From Octopus sinensis (lineage: Eukaryota): a stretch of DNA of 64,000 bases. Under the pieces are notes generated by a model. That model saw nothing but the letters and a program-made list of their open reading frames with translations. It was not told where the DNA came from and made no database searches. A program made the translations under genes and the position numbers. Numbering within the stretch: the first letter of the stretch is position 1; each line of letters opens with the position of its first letter. Positions 50,929 through 64,000 of this stretch are shown one piece after another. The stretch covers positions 30,442,001 through 30,506,000 of the forward strand of contig NC_043004.1 in NCBI RefSeq assembly GCF_006345805.1, given 5' to 3'.

Positions 50929-52510
50929 GTGAGCAAAATGATGCAAATACATGTGCATATTCACAAACACACCCACACACATACTATAAATTCAATATAT
51001 ATATACATATATATATATGTGTGTGTGTGTGCATGAGTATATATATATATATATATGTGTGTGTGCACGAGTGTATATATATATATATATATATATATAC
51101 ATACATATATACACACACACACATATATACATGTATATATGTATATATATACACACACATTTATACACAGATGCATATTCATGCATGCCCACACACACAC
51201 ACACATATATATACACACACATATAGGCGATGAAATACAGCCAAACGTACACATCATATCCACATCAAAACAATGTTTTATTATGTTATTTATGAACATG
51301 AGTCAAGCTTTCACCAAGGGGCCAAACAAAACATGGATGAAAGATCAATCAACTTCCAGAAACCAACATCAATAATAAAGATAATGATAAGGTTGTAGTG
51401 AATTCAGCGTGTATTATGTTGTAAATCAACTCTAATCAATGACCGAACTTGAAGAAAACCAAGAGAAAACATTGGTATAATAAGTAAAACAAAATAGATT
51501 AATTTAGTTTCAGTAATATTGAAAAGAAGATAGAATAAACATGAGGGGTGAGGAACCTCTTTAAGAACTCTACCAACATAGCCTACCACCTGGAAATAAT
51601 AATAAGTCCTGAGCTAGCCATACACCGGACAATGGCAGCCAGCTGTGAATAAATAATCTGGCTACTTGTATTAATATTTAGTCAATGAAATATTGGATTT
51701 ATATGGATAAAAAAAAATAAGCAAAATAAAATAATAGAGACTGACTATTCTGGTTTTGGTTTCTCCATTTTTGTAAAATAACTGGATTATAGCTTTTGTT
51801 ATCCTAAATCTACTTCATTAACTGTTGTTACAAGGTTTTGGAAAGACTAAGTAATAAAATATAAAAAAAAAATAAGGAAAGAAAAAAAAGAAAGGGAAAA
51901 GGGAAATGAGAAAAAAAAGTAATAAAAAAGACAAACCCTTAATTCTATCAGCTAATAGTGTTTTTCAGAATTAGTTTCAAGAGAGAGGAAATCCTATAAT
52001 TCTTTTTAGAGTGTGGAATATATATTGTGAATTTTTTTTTTTTTATAATGTAAAATATGGAATAGTTTTGTATTCATTATATCGATAAGGAAATTGTGAA
52101 AAAGAGAAGGAAGAAGAAAAAAAACTGTTGAACTGCTCTTATATTTTAGAGAGGGATGTTTTGAGTGGGGTATGAGGTGGGAGTAATATTTAAAATTGTA
52201 TAGAGTTAGCGGAAAGGATGGGGGTTTGTTCTAGAATGCAAAAAGAAAAAAAAAAAGGAAAAGTAACATACAAACAAAACCACCTCTCTGGAAAATTATT
52301 GTGTTACACTTACAAACTTACAACTGTTATTGGAATATAGATGATGATAATGAGGATGATGGTGATAATGATGGTGATGATGATGATAATGGTGGTGATG
52401 GTGATGATGATGAGGATAATGGTGGTGGAAGTGATGAGGATGATGCTGATAACAATGAGGATGATGGTGGTGGCAGTGATGATGATGATGTTCATGTTAT
52501 ATTTACTGAT

Positions 52511-52880
52511 TATAAAATATAGGTATCATTAACATTTTATACTGAGGCTAGTTATATCATTATTGTTGAATCTGATAACAATCTATATTAATGATAGATT
52601 TCCCATTAATATACAAGTGTGTAATATTTTATACACCTGCAATAATATCACTTATAACAAAACAATCTCCACTGGTTCTATATATGACTTTCTTAATATA
52701 AAATATAGGTATCATTAACATTTTATACTGAGGCTAGTTATATCATTATTGTTGAATCTGATAACAATCTATATTAATGATAGATTTCCCATTAATATAC
52801 ATGTGTGTAATATTTTATACACCTGCAATAATATCACTTATAACAAAACAATCTACACTGGTTCTGTATATGACTTTCTT
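52511..52880. repeat. Recent 186-bp tandem duplication
   Basis: Copies 52511-52696 and 52697-52880 differ at 3 substitutions that I could find. Confidence 0.95.
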
Positions 52881-53199
52881 TGGTAATATAGATGCGGAGA
52901 AGAATCGATGCAATGTTATTGCTTAGCTCAAGGTTAGCCCTAATCTTGTAGACTGGTTATAAAAACATTCCAACCATGGCCACCCTGTTTTTTATGCAGC
53001 AATAATGTATCAATGACTACATTAACCAATGTGATTTTTCCTTTATTTAAGAAAATATGGCATGATTTGAAAGTAATTTGCTGCTATTTCTAGCAAGATG
53101 TACAGACACATAGAGGCTCTGTCCCTGTCTCTTTTTGGTTCCCTGGTCAAAGTGTTGACTGTGAGTGTCTATGTTGTCATCTTTACGTCCACTTTTCTA

Positions 53200-53660
53200 T
53201 AATTGTGTGGATTAGCTATGTCCTCCCCAATACAGCATCTAGGTTCAACATCACGAGATCAGCTTTCACAATTTCTGTTCATATCATCCTTAACATTCAT
53301 CTTCTACAGTTTCCTTCTACCTGGATTTCCTCACACTTTTCTCCTCATCTGTTATCATCCATACATATTATATTTCTGTATCAACACAGTTATGTCTTTT
53401 GCACATTGCATCTGAATCCTGTTATATCCATTTTAACTCTCAGCTTATCTGTACCAGGCATGCATGCACACTCACATTACACATTCAATAGAGCATGTTT
53501 GCTTCATTTCTCTCCAACTTTCACACATCCTCTGTGTTCAATGCCCACATCTCACTATCATGTAACATTATGCTTCACACACAAGCATCATAAAACTTAT
53601 CCTTCAACTGATGAGAAAATCCCCTTGTTGTCAGTAGAGGTAATAGATCCCTGAACTATT
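53200..53660 (-). mobile_element. Degenerate RTE-type LINE 3' fragment
   Basis: Reverse-strand similarity to 5790-6260 and 8440-8880. Confidence 0.55.
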
Positions 53661-55649
53661 ACCACTCTGTCCTTATACTAGTCATCAAATATGTGAGGTT
53701 ATTCAATAAAAGTATCATAGAATCAAAATATCTCTTTTCCAAATCCTTTTACTCTGTATTTCTCTATCTTTCTCTAGTAACATGGTTCTTAATTTCAACG
53801 AATATATATTTATCTCTCTTTTTCTCTCAGTTTAATATTTTTCTCAAAGCATTAAGGTGTGTCAACTACAGATGGATTTTCTTTACTCATACATATATGA
53901 TCAATATGAAATATATTCCTCATGAATGTATATATGTAGGGTCTTAAGTTAAAATTAAAGTCAAAAAGATTTAAGGTTTAGAATATTTTCCATCTTTCAT
54001 TCTATGAGAAGTGACAGAATATATAAAAGTTCATATGCAAGTTTTATTGTAGAAGTGTTAAGAATAAAGCATAATAAGAATAAAGATAACGGTTTAGATG
54101 TGAGATTAAAGCTTTGTTCTTATTTTCAGATCTCAGCAGACAGTATCTATTCTATCATAGACAAGTTATTCACTGGAGAAATCCATATTTCATATAAGTG
54201 AAGTACCGATTTTATGGTGCTACTACTTCCATCTTTCCACACTACCAGTGTTGCCTTCATGGGGCTGCCAACTAGCTTATGATTCTTTAAATAAATCAAA
54301 ATTGATAAAGAATCATAGTGTTTCAAGTACTGGTTTACTCAGTTTCTTTTATGTGAAGCCATTTCTTTAAATAATCTGTAGTTTGGAGGTATATGTCAAA
54401 TGATGGCATTTCAGCACTTCACCCATGAAAATGGACAATTCCAATGAAGAACTTGTCTTTGGCAGACTGGATTTATTCTGCTAGAACTGAAGATAAGAAC
54501 AAAGTTTTAACTTAAACACCTTGATTGATTAACCAAATGTGTTACTAGAATCAGAAGGTGTATTGCAACACAGAAGTGTTGGTTGCAGTGATTCATTGTC
54601 TTCACAAGTTGTCTTCTATGATGATGATGAAATCCTCAAGAGCAAAGAGAAGCAAACATTTTATAAAATACACTGCAAAATATAATTACATTTATTGAGT
54701 AAATGTAATTATTTTTATTGTGCAAATATAATTGCATTCTTATTATGGTAAATGCAGTCATATTTATTGTGGAAAAATAACTGTATTTATTATGGAAATG
54801 GAATTACTATATTTTTGGACATATAAGGTGCATGGGCATGTAAGGCACATCCCAATTATAGCAGGCCTAGTCTGCAAGAAAGAAATTGTAGCCAACCCTA
54901 TACCCCAAGCTGAATGTCTCCCACATTTTCATATATGGGAACCATGAAAATTTAGACTGACATCCTTTGGTAAGGTGTTATGGTAGGCTAAGTTACAATA
55001 CTTACCTTAACACTACCAAATATTGCCACTGACTGCCCACCATCACCAATTCTATCCAAAGCCTGACCTTCAATATATTAGGCAAAGGGAAACTTTTGAG
55101 GAGAGTTTTTCAGAAAAAATGCACCTTATATAAGGTGGCATTGAAAAGTTCCCAGACTAGTTCTGTAGCATGCCAACAGGTGGCAGCACGCAGCTGTGTG
55201 CATAGTGAGAACTAGCAGTGACCTTCACGAGACAATATGCCAAGTGACATTGCTGTGTTTACTTCACAAATTGTGAAATTTGTGTTTTTGTGATCACATG
55301 TATGCTGTAGCCTACACAATGTTATGAGTGGCATGGGAACTTTAAAAGTGGAAGAACATCCTTGGAAGACGATCTGGAAGATCTGCCATGAGTGTCAACC
55401 ACAGAAATGTGGTATTGTGCATCAAGAATGTGTCCTCCAGAGCCAGACCATCAATCAAGAGTTTTACTGGAAGATTTGAAGCATTTGAGGGAGGACATTC
55501 AGTGAAAGTAACCAGATCTACAGAGCACAAAAAGTTGGATTCTTCACTGAGCACTCCTCACTCGTGAGTTTCTTACCAAAAAACAGCATGGTATTGCTTC
55601 CACATTCACCCTATTTGCCCAATTTAGCTCCTGCAGACTTCCATCTCTT

Positions 55650-55955
55650 GTTTTTTTTTCCTTCTCGAGCCATGCCTGGCTCATAAAGGCCAGTTTCCCA
55701 GTTTCTTGGCATATAGGTTCCCCACCTGGACAGGACGTCGGTCCATCACAGGTGAGCTGCAAGATGCAGGAGGAAAGAGTGAGAGTAAGTTGTGGCGAAA
55801 GAGTCAGCAGAAGTTTTGCCATTACCTTCTTCCGGAGCTGCATGAAGCTTAGGTGTTTCACTCATAAACACACACATTGTCCGGTCTGAGATTCGAACCT
55901 GCGATCCCTTGACCGCGAGTCCGCTGCTCTAACCACTAGGCCATATGCCTCCACA
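55650..55955 (-). mobile_element. Young tRNA-derived SINE with 16-bp target-site duplication
   Basis: A box TGGCCTAGTGG, B box GGTTCGAATCT, A-rich tail; TSD CAGACTTCCATCTCTT at 55634-55649 and 55956-55971. Confidence 0.9.
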
Positions 55956-56197
55956 CAGACTTCCATCTCTTCTCCAAGATGATAATGTAGCGCAAAGGCT
56001 GCTTTTTTTAACACTGTTGTCAAGATTCATAGCGAATCACGGAAGGTCCTCAACTTGCTTACAGAAAACAACTTCCTGGCCAGATTCCAGAAGTGGCAGG
56101 AATGCTGGGACTGGTGTATTGCTGCACAAGGTGACTATTTCAAAGGAGATGATGTTAAAACTTAAGTGAAGAAGTTATTTTTTATTAAACATAACTA

Positions 56198-56362
56198 GGC
56201 ACAGGAGTGGCTGTGTGGTAAGTAGCTTGTTTACCAACCACATGGTTCCGGGTTCAGTCCCACTGCATGACACCTTGGGCAAGTGTCTTCTACTATAGCC
56301 TCGGGCCGACCAAAGCCTTGTGAGTGGATTTGGTAGACGGAAACTGAAAGAAGCCCGTTGTA

Positions 56363-56395
<33 letters not shown>

Positions 56396-56617
56396 GCGTG
56401 TGTGTGTTTGCGTGTCTGTTTGTCCCCGTAGCATTGCTTGACAACCAATGCTGGTGTGTTTATGTCCCCGTTACTTGGCAGTTCGGCAAAAGAGACTGAT
56501 AGAATAAGTACTGGGCTTACAAAAGAATAAGTCCCGGGGTCGAGTTGCTCGATTAAAGGCGGTGCTCCAGCATGGCCGCAGTCAAATGACTGAAACAAGT
56601 AAAAGAGTAAAAGAGCA
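56198..56617 (+). mobile_element. CORE-type SINE, full length
   Basis: Complete structure as at 30902. Confidence 0.9.
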
Positions 56618-56869
56618 AGAGAGTCCAGGATCCTTTTGATACCATTTCGTATGCTGGAAAACACGGTATATTTATAGGAAAAAAATTGTGGAAATGTAAT
56701 AATAATTATTGTGAAAATAGAATTATTATTTATTGTGGAATGTAATTATATTTATAGTGGGATGTGATTATATCTATTGGAGAATTTATATATTTATTGT
56801 AGAAATGTAATTGTGGTTACTGTGAAAATATGAATATATTTATTATGGAAAAATAATTATGGAAACTGT

Positions 56870-57050
56870 GGAAAGTTCCGGGGAAGGGGGATAATCAATT
56901 ATATCAATCCCAATATTCTTATTTTACCAACCCTGAAAGGATGAAAGGTAAAGTCATCCTCAGCAGGATTTGAAAAGGGAATGTAGAGACAGACGAAATA
57001 CTGCCAAGTATTTAGCCCAGCATGTAAATTATTCTGCCAGCTTGCTGCTT
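56870..57050 (-). mobile_element. tRNA-derived SINE, family of 22996-23788
   Basis: ACCCTGAAAGGATGAAAGGTAAAGTCA motif. Confidence 0.7.
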
Positions 57051-57218
57051 TACACTGATGAAGTATTAATTATCATTATATAGTGTTATATACTATATTG
57101 TAATAATGAGCTTTGATAGTCTGTATTATTGTACTTTATTGCAGTATAGTAGTATCTGTATATAGTAGTAGCAGATATAAATGCTGGCTGGTTGATATTT
57201 CCAGTTGCACTTTAAATC

Positions 57219-57622
57219 ATACTAGCAGTATCGCCCAGCGTTGCTCGGGTTTGTAAGGGAAATAACTATATAAGCATTTTTAGAGAGTTATAGCTAAAAA
57301 ATAGCAAAAAAATGCATTAAAAATGAAAAACAAATGATGGTAAATTTTTTTTTAAATCGTTAACTCATCGTAGACATTTTTAGACAGTTACTTCCCTTAT
57401 ATAATAGCGAAAAAAATGCATTAAAATGGAAAAAAATGATGGTAAATTATTTTTAAAATCGTAGACTCGTTGTAGATGCACGCTAATACCCAGAAGGGCT
57501 TGATATGAATCACGACTATAAGATACCTGCTTTTGGTTAAACTGCACTGCAAAATGTGGGAGTAGTTAGGAATCTAAATCGTAGGAGACAGACACACAAC
57601 TTCACTTATATATATAAAGATA
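57219..57622. mobile_element. Non-autonomous Helitron/Helentron-like element
   Basis: ATACTAG start, CCCAGCGTTGCTCGGG subterminal hairpin, internal ~105-bp duplication, TATATATAAAGAT end. Confidence 0.7.
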
Positions 57623-57843
57623 TGAGGGATTGTTGAAAAGTTCCTGGTTTTAAAGGCATTGAGAAAGGCCTAGTTGGAGGCTCAACCTTCCAAATCCTTT
57701 TAAAAAAGCTTAGAAAAAACGAAGGATCACTGCAATAAGTGTGTGAATCCGAGAGGAGAATGTGTTGAATGAAATCATCATAATTAACTAATCCTCCTAC
57801 TTTTTCTTTTATCTAAAGCCAGGAACTTTTCAGCACTGCCTCG
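57623..57843. mobile_element. Mariner-derived MITE
   Basis: Homologous to 7277-7493; TA flanks. Confidence 0.8.
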
Positions 57844-59681
57844 TAAAGAGATGAGGAGAGAAGGTAAAAGTGAGTTATAAAGAGAGTTAACACAAGTGGT
57901 GCAGGACAAGTGTCTTTAAAACTTTCTGAAAAAGTACACATTTTTTAAATAAAATTTTGTAGATACAGGTTTGCAATGGAATAGATTGCAATTATGTTTG
58001 TGAAATTTTAAATAACAATGATATTTATAGAAATTTGCAAATGAGAAATCTATTTTATTTAATTTTATTTTAAGGTTATATATATTTGAAAATTAGTATT
58101 GAAGGCCAATCTCAAAATGCTGAGCCTTACAAAGGAAATAACAGAGGACTGAGATATGAGGTACCACAACAAAATTCAGGACCTAAAACCAGAGTGCCAT
58201 ATAAAAAGCATTGGTGTGAGTGCTGGTTCCATGTAAATATCACCCAGTACATTCTGTGGGGTGGTTGGTGTTAGGAAGGGCATCCAGCCATAGAAACCAA
58301 GCCGAAACAGATTATGGAACCTGGCTTTGCCAGTTCCTGTCAAGCTGTTCAACCCATGTCAGCATGGAAAATGGATGTTAAGTGTGTTATTATTGATGAT
58401 GATGATATTCATTTAATCGTTTTGTATAAGTCCCAAGAAATTTGAATTGTCATTATTATCATCATCATCATCATTTCACATCCATTTTTCCATACTGGCA
58501 TGGATTGGATGGTTTGATTGAAAACTCATAAGCTGTGGAGCTGCACCAGGTTTTCAGTCAAACTATCCAACCCATGCCAGTATGGGAAAACAGATGTGAA
58601 ATGATGATGATGATGATGATGATGATAATAATTGTGATGATGATGATGATGATAATGATGATGATTCATCAAATTTCATAGCGCTGATACAAAATGTTAA
58701 GCTGTAATTTTTTTAGACAGGCCTTTTATCCTGATACTACCTATAATAGGAAAAATATACTTCCAAAGTTTCTGACCAAATGATGGGTAACACTTTAGTA
58801 CATATCAAAAAGTAGTATGTAAGTTAGTTTGATAGCAGTGCCTTTTAAGTTTGGAATAAAGCCACAAATTGATTAAATTGATCCCACTATTAGACTGGCA
58901 ATTATATCTTCTGTTCTGATAAGGGCTGATAAAGCCAAAAGTATTGTAATATTGTTCAGAGTCATGTCATATTTTAACTGCTTCTAATACGGTCGTATTT
59001 CTTGTGATTCGAGCTCTGTCATAGTTTGAATGCTTTTAATATTGTCCTATATCCGCTACTCCTCATACTGTCATAATGTAACTACTTTTAGTACTGTCAT
59101 ATATCTTCTAACACTAATACTATCACATTTCTTGTGTATTCTAATACAGCCATATTCCAATTAAATGTTAATTTCTGATTCAAACCGGCAACATATTGCA
59201 ATATTCTCATACTTCTGTATTTCCATATTCCCATGCTGGCTGTTTCAATTGTTACATTTCTGGGTGACTTCTTTCATCTGGCACCACATAAATGTAGGAA
59301 CATTGCCAGACAAAAGTTGTTGAGAGTTATAACTGTTGTTATTGTTATTGTTATTGCTGCTGCTGCTGCTGCTTGTGGATAACATCAGTCAGTTATGGTT
59401 GAATGGATTTCTGTGTTCTGTTATTTCATAAGATGGAAGTGATCTCTCATTGAAACAAAATCAACTATGTTGCTATTATTGATCCCTCTTCAGACCTACT
59501 GACTCAATGGAACACCCACAATAGACCAGTTGATTAAACGAAGGGGCCATAATTCAGTAGGGGTCTTTTAGAAATGAATTATTGAGTAACTGCAGGCTCT
59601 GAAGAAATAACATATCAAAATATATCAAAATAAACAGAAATATTGACTATTTCATAACTAACATATATATATATGTATATA

Positions 59682-59744
<63 letters not shown>

Positions 59745-60124
59745 GCATATATAGATATATGCATAGATATATAGATATATGTGTGTGTGTATGTATGTAT
59801 GTATATATGTATATCTCAATCATTCATGTAGTTACATGTGTGTCTTTACCCAACTCCCTGCTCTTCTCCTTGTCTCTCCCCCTTTCTTCTCTTCTTTAGA
59901 TTCTCCTCTGCATATCCAATGAAGAGCTATGTCTCAAACGTCATATTTTTACTCTTAACTTTCCCTTTACAACTTATCTCTCAGTGCATCAAACTAATAA
60001 TATTCATTGTGAATGTCTCTTGGACTTCTGTTGCTTTTATGCTTGAATTTACTGATTGTTATTGATTTTATTTTGTGTACATATATAGATAAATAGATAT
60101 ATGCCTGCATATATATATATATAC

Positions 60125-60580
60125 CTACAATTATCCCTGTCTACACCCAACAAATAGGCCTACCAAATGATCAGAAGGACCTTTTTTATGATACCCTTCT
60201 ACAGGCAACCTCAAGTGGCAATGACCTCTTCTTTGTGGCTGGAGATTTTAATGGGCATGTTGGGCAGCAAATCTGGTATCTTCACTGGTGTACATGGGGG
60301 ACATGGTATTGATTCCTGAAACAATGAGGGAACTAGGCTACTGGAGTTCTGTGATGCACGTAACCTTTTAATCTGCAACACTAACTTCAGGAAGCCTGAC
60401 AGCAACCTGATAACCTATCAATCAGGTGACTCTGCTAGCCAGATTGATTTCATCCTCACCAGACAGTGGGATGCAAGGTTACTCTTAAATACAAAGACCT
60501 TCCTGGGTGAAGAATGTACCCCCCAGCATAGACTAGTCATTAGTGACTTTAGACTCGAGGCCAGAAAGATGCCAAAGAAC
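60125..60580 (+). mobile_element. LINE AP-endonuclease relic (RTE-type)
   Basis: VAGDFNGHVG...GTRLLEFC...ICNTNFRK...QIDFIL...QHRLVISDF. Confidence 0.85.
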
Positions 60581-61744
60581 CCTTCACATGGTCAGAGATT
60601 TAGGGACATCCTCATCAAGAAATTTGATGAGAGGGAAGAAGAGCTACAGACCTCGGAATAGAGAGTAGCTGAAAGAGTAAAGGCATTATTATAATGAAAA
60701 CTGCAAGTCTTGTGAAATACTGCTGCACAGGGTTTCCTGTTTGAAATGTTAATTTTTTTTTGCCATTTATCAAGTTGATAAAAACAAGACGGTTTGTCAC
60801 CTGTGTTCAAAGCAGTTGACATTTGAATGGGAATGCTCATAAAGACAGAAAGAAATGCAGAGAGAAAAAACATAGGTGCGATAACCAATGTTACAACAAA
60901 CATTATGTACATTAAATTATGTAAACCAGATTGGAATGGTTTAAGATGTGTCCAGTAGTTTACCTCTATTTTCTGCTAAGTTATATTTCTTAAAATGCGG
61001 ACATAAAGAAAACATCTCATTTCTGGAATTTACACAGGTGAAGTTTTTCAAGTGAACATCTTTTTGTCACATTAATATAAGGTTTGGTCATGGAAAGGAT
61101 TTTCCATTTACTATCATATTTACTACTTTTTTAAGTTTCCAGATTAATGCAAAGAGGATTGTTTTATATCACTTCTCATGGTGCCTGAAGGTCAAAAGAT
61201 CATAGACATATCTGGATTTAAATTTTCTTCCACTGATCCAATATAATTTTTAATCTCTGTTCAGCCTTTGTCATCATTTGCTGAAACTTGTGCATTATAA
61301 ACAATGGAAGATATCACATGCCTGACCTAGAGAACCAGGGCAAGTTCAAGTCGTCAGTTGCTTATTGATATAGGTTTTTACATTAAGGGGACAAAAAAAA
61401 GTAATTTCAATTGTGTGTCTATTAAATATCTTTCTGTATCTATGGCTGGCAGGAATGTAAACATCTGATAGATGCTAGAATTTTCTACCTACATTTGTTC
61501 TTATGTTTAGGGAGAAAGGTAGGGTGAACCATATAACTTTATGAGACATCTTAAACCAATCTCATTTGATATATGTAATGTTTGTTATAATGTTGGTTAT
61601 CTCCCATGTGTATTTGTCTTTTTCTATATGAGCATTCCTGTTTGAACATCAGCTTGATAAGTGGCAAAGTAATGTTTTACCTTGGAAACCCAGGGTAGTA
61701 GTGTTTCACAAGACCTGTGGTTTTCGTCATTATAATGTGTATGG

Positions 61745-62340
61745 TGTTCAGGCTAAACTGACAGTTTGCATAAAAAGAAAAGAAAATTATATTCCATCCG
61801 AAAATTAGAATATTTTTTAAAAAATCAAAAAATATCAACTAGATTATAGTTGAGGGATAACAGTTTACTCAAAATTGCTGTCCATTGCAGCTTCCATTCC
61901 AGCTTCCATTGCAGCTTCAAGACAGCTCCAAAATCTGGGACATGCATTCCTCACTGTGTTTCTGGGAAGATCTAGATCTTGACCACCAGTTTGGCTTTGG
62001 TGTTGCAGACAGAATTGTTGGTGCCTTTCTCACCTGCATACCACACATAATATCCATGGTATTACATTCAGGGGAATTAGGAAGCCAGAAACTGGGGCTG
62101 ATAAATTCACAGAAATTCTCCAACAACTACTTTTGGCTCTTTCTAGAGGTATGGTAAGGAGCCAGATCCTGCTGCCACACATATAGCCTTCCAGTAGCAA
62201 CCCTCTCCAGACAGGGTTTGATCAGTCTCCAGCAGCTTCTCACAACCATCTGAATTGAACCTAAGGCCCTGTTTAAAGATGTAAGGATGAACTCCAGCAC
62301 ACAAATGCAGTCAGAATGCCTACTGTCTCTCTTTCTACTG
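61745..62340 (-). mobile_element. Diverged maT/DD37D relic
   Basis: YVWQQDLAPYHTSRKSQ...FWLPNSPECNTMD. Confidence 0.65.
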
Positions 62341-62802
62341 GCCATGGCTTCCTAAGTCTCCATTGCAGCTGACCATGTCACATCTTACAGCCTTTTCAAT
62401 GTACACAGATCATTGAGAGCAGTAGTCATGATGTCAGCATTTTGATAGCCAGCACAAAGCATCACGACACAGGTAATTCTTTTCCAATATTCAGATGGCA
62501 TCCAGTCTTCCATGTCAGCTAACCTTTTCTTGACTACAACTTTAATTCTTATACTTTCTATGCCTTTGATTGTTCACTGATTCATGAAGCTGTTACTGAA
62601 AAAAGGAGACAAAAAAATCGTCAAATTTAGGCCAAACACCTTATATATATATAGGGATGTTTGAACTAAATTTGACGATTTTATGTCTCATTTTCAAGCT
62701 ACAGAAGACTGCATTAACCCAGGGTTCCTCAAAGTAAGATCAAAGCAAGATCTTCATAGTTTGTATACAAACCTCCTCATATATATATATATATATATAT
62801 AT

Positions 62803-63015
62803 AAAGTTAATCCAAACAAGAAAACAAAAACAAAAAAAACAACAACGCAAGGACGTGGAACAAATAAAGTATTATTGGATGCTCAGGAAAGAAGGGAAGA
62901 AGGAGGGTTTGACGTTTCGAGTGGAGCTCTTCATCGGAAACATAGGAGAAGGAAAGATCCCGAGAAGGGAAGACAGGGGGAAAAAAATCGCTAGTGATAC
63001 AGACGAGGTCACACA
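62803..63015 (-). mobile_element. Second copy of the ~210-bp hammerhead-bearing repeat
   Basis: Aligns with 14602-14812; (TA)n flank. Confidence 0.7.
62907..62941 (-). ncRNA. Minimal hammerhead-like motif with U4C core
   Basis: GTTT-CCGATGA-A-GAG-ctcca-CTC-GAA-ACGT-C-AAAC: all three stems pair and the cleavage triplet is GUC. Confidence 0.55.
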
Positions 63016-63034
63016 CACATATATATATATATAC

Positions 63035-63540
63035 AGTAACTTGAATAATACCAAATACATCCAGTTGCTGAAGGACAATTTGATACCAGAATTGTTTGAA
63101 GGTGAGGCTTTCAACATGATGGAGCTCCATGCCACAGATCAAGTGCAACACAACAGAGTCTGGCTGATGAAGGTGTTACCATATTGAAAGGTTGGCCAGC
63201 TCAGAGTCCTGACTTAAATATCATCAAGCAAATGTGGACAGAACTAAAAGAAGAGATCATCAGAAAATCCACGCAATGTTGAAGAGTTGTGGGAGCTCAG
63301 CCACAGGGAATGACATCTCATGCCTGTGAAGATAGTAAAGGATTTGTAAGCATCTCTTCCCAGCTGCATTGAAGCAATTATTCAAGCTAAGGGAAGTCAC
63401 ACAAAGTATTAACAATGTACAGTAAATTCTTGAAATGAACATTATGTAATAAATTTTCATTATAGACATTTTTCTGTTTTAAGACACTGTGTCATGATTG
63501 GTTTATGTGAGGTGGCCATAAACTTTTCCATTGCCATTTT
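63035..63540 (+). mobile_element. Tc1-like relic with DD35E-type spacing
   Basis: HDGAPCH...WPAQSPDLNIIKQMW: 35 residues from D to the E position (now K). Confidence 0.75.
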
Positions 63541-63739
63541 TGGTGGTTGTCTCGTATCTTCCCCTCTCATTCAGAACCCCTACTACAAAATATAATGATT
63601 AGGTATAGAAATGACTCCAACAGGGCAAATGTTTCATCTGTAAAAAATGCAATGTGAAACATCCACTTATAAGTTGGCAATTAGTAGAAATGTAGAAATT
63701 AACAATAGTTTAAAGCAGCCAAAGACTTTTGCACAGTAT

Positions 63740-63859
63740 TGTATATATATATATATACATACATACATACATACATATACATATATATATATACATACAT
63801 ATACATATATATATATATACATATACATATATATATATATACAAATACATATATATATA

Positions 63860-63920
<61 letters not shown>

Positions 63921-63972
63921 CTATATATATATATAATATATATATTATATATATTTATTTATTTATATATGT
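63740..63972. repeat. (TA)n/(TACA)n microsatellite
   Basis: Direct inspection. Confidence 0.95.
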
Positions 63973-64000
63973 AGTAATATTTCTCTGTGTATTGTATAGG

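Larger units (their letters stand above)
55131..56649 (+). mobile_element. Mariner deletion derivative carrying two nested SINEs
   Basis: Imperfect TIRs AAGGTGGCATTGAAAAGTTCCCAGACT / AGTCCAGGATCCTTTTGATACCATTTCG; TA flanks; PHSPYLPNLAPADFHLF remnant split by a SINE. Confidence 0.8.

Noticed and set aside
55870-55955. tRNA-like sequence (also 4346-4415)
   Set aside because: Poor acceptor and anticodon stems and direct continuation into SINE bodies; these are SINE heads, not tRNA genes
63164-63190. CTGATGA...GAAA hammerhead-like spacing
   Set aside because: No stems form, and it lies in the reading frame of a Tc1 transposase

Overview
Eukaryotic, AT-rich DNA dense in microsatellites and transposon relics. 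The SINE and LINE families and the microsatellite load point to a coleoid cephalopod, most likely Octopus; this is inferred from recalled repeat families, not from a database search. I could not identify an intact protein-coding gene, and nearly all long ORFs in the track are microsatellite artefacts. The window reads as intron or intergenic DNA, with two transposon-free islands (~17.1-23.0 kb and ~50.0-52.5 kb) that may hold exons or UTRs. Supported content: (1) at least three tRNA-derived SINE families; (2) RTE-, CR1- and R4/Dong-type LINE fragments, including a Dong copy flanked on both sides by (TAA)n; (3) Tc1/mariner relics with DD34D, DD34E, DD35E, DD36E and DD37D spacings; (4) mariner, Tc1 and piggyBac-type MITEs; (5) Helentron-like non-autonomous elements. 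The most unusual signals are four minimal type I hammerhead-ribozyme-like motifs from two repeat families (one inside a tRNA-headed SINE, one a conserved CCGAYGA core variant), and three long fold-back palindromes (42, 61 and 156 bp arms) at the ends of AT-rich, probably Penelope-like, insertions in (AT)n tracts.
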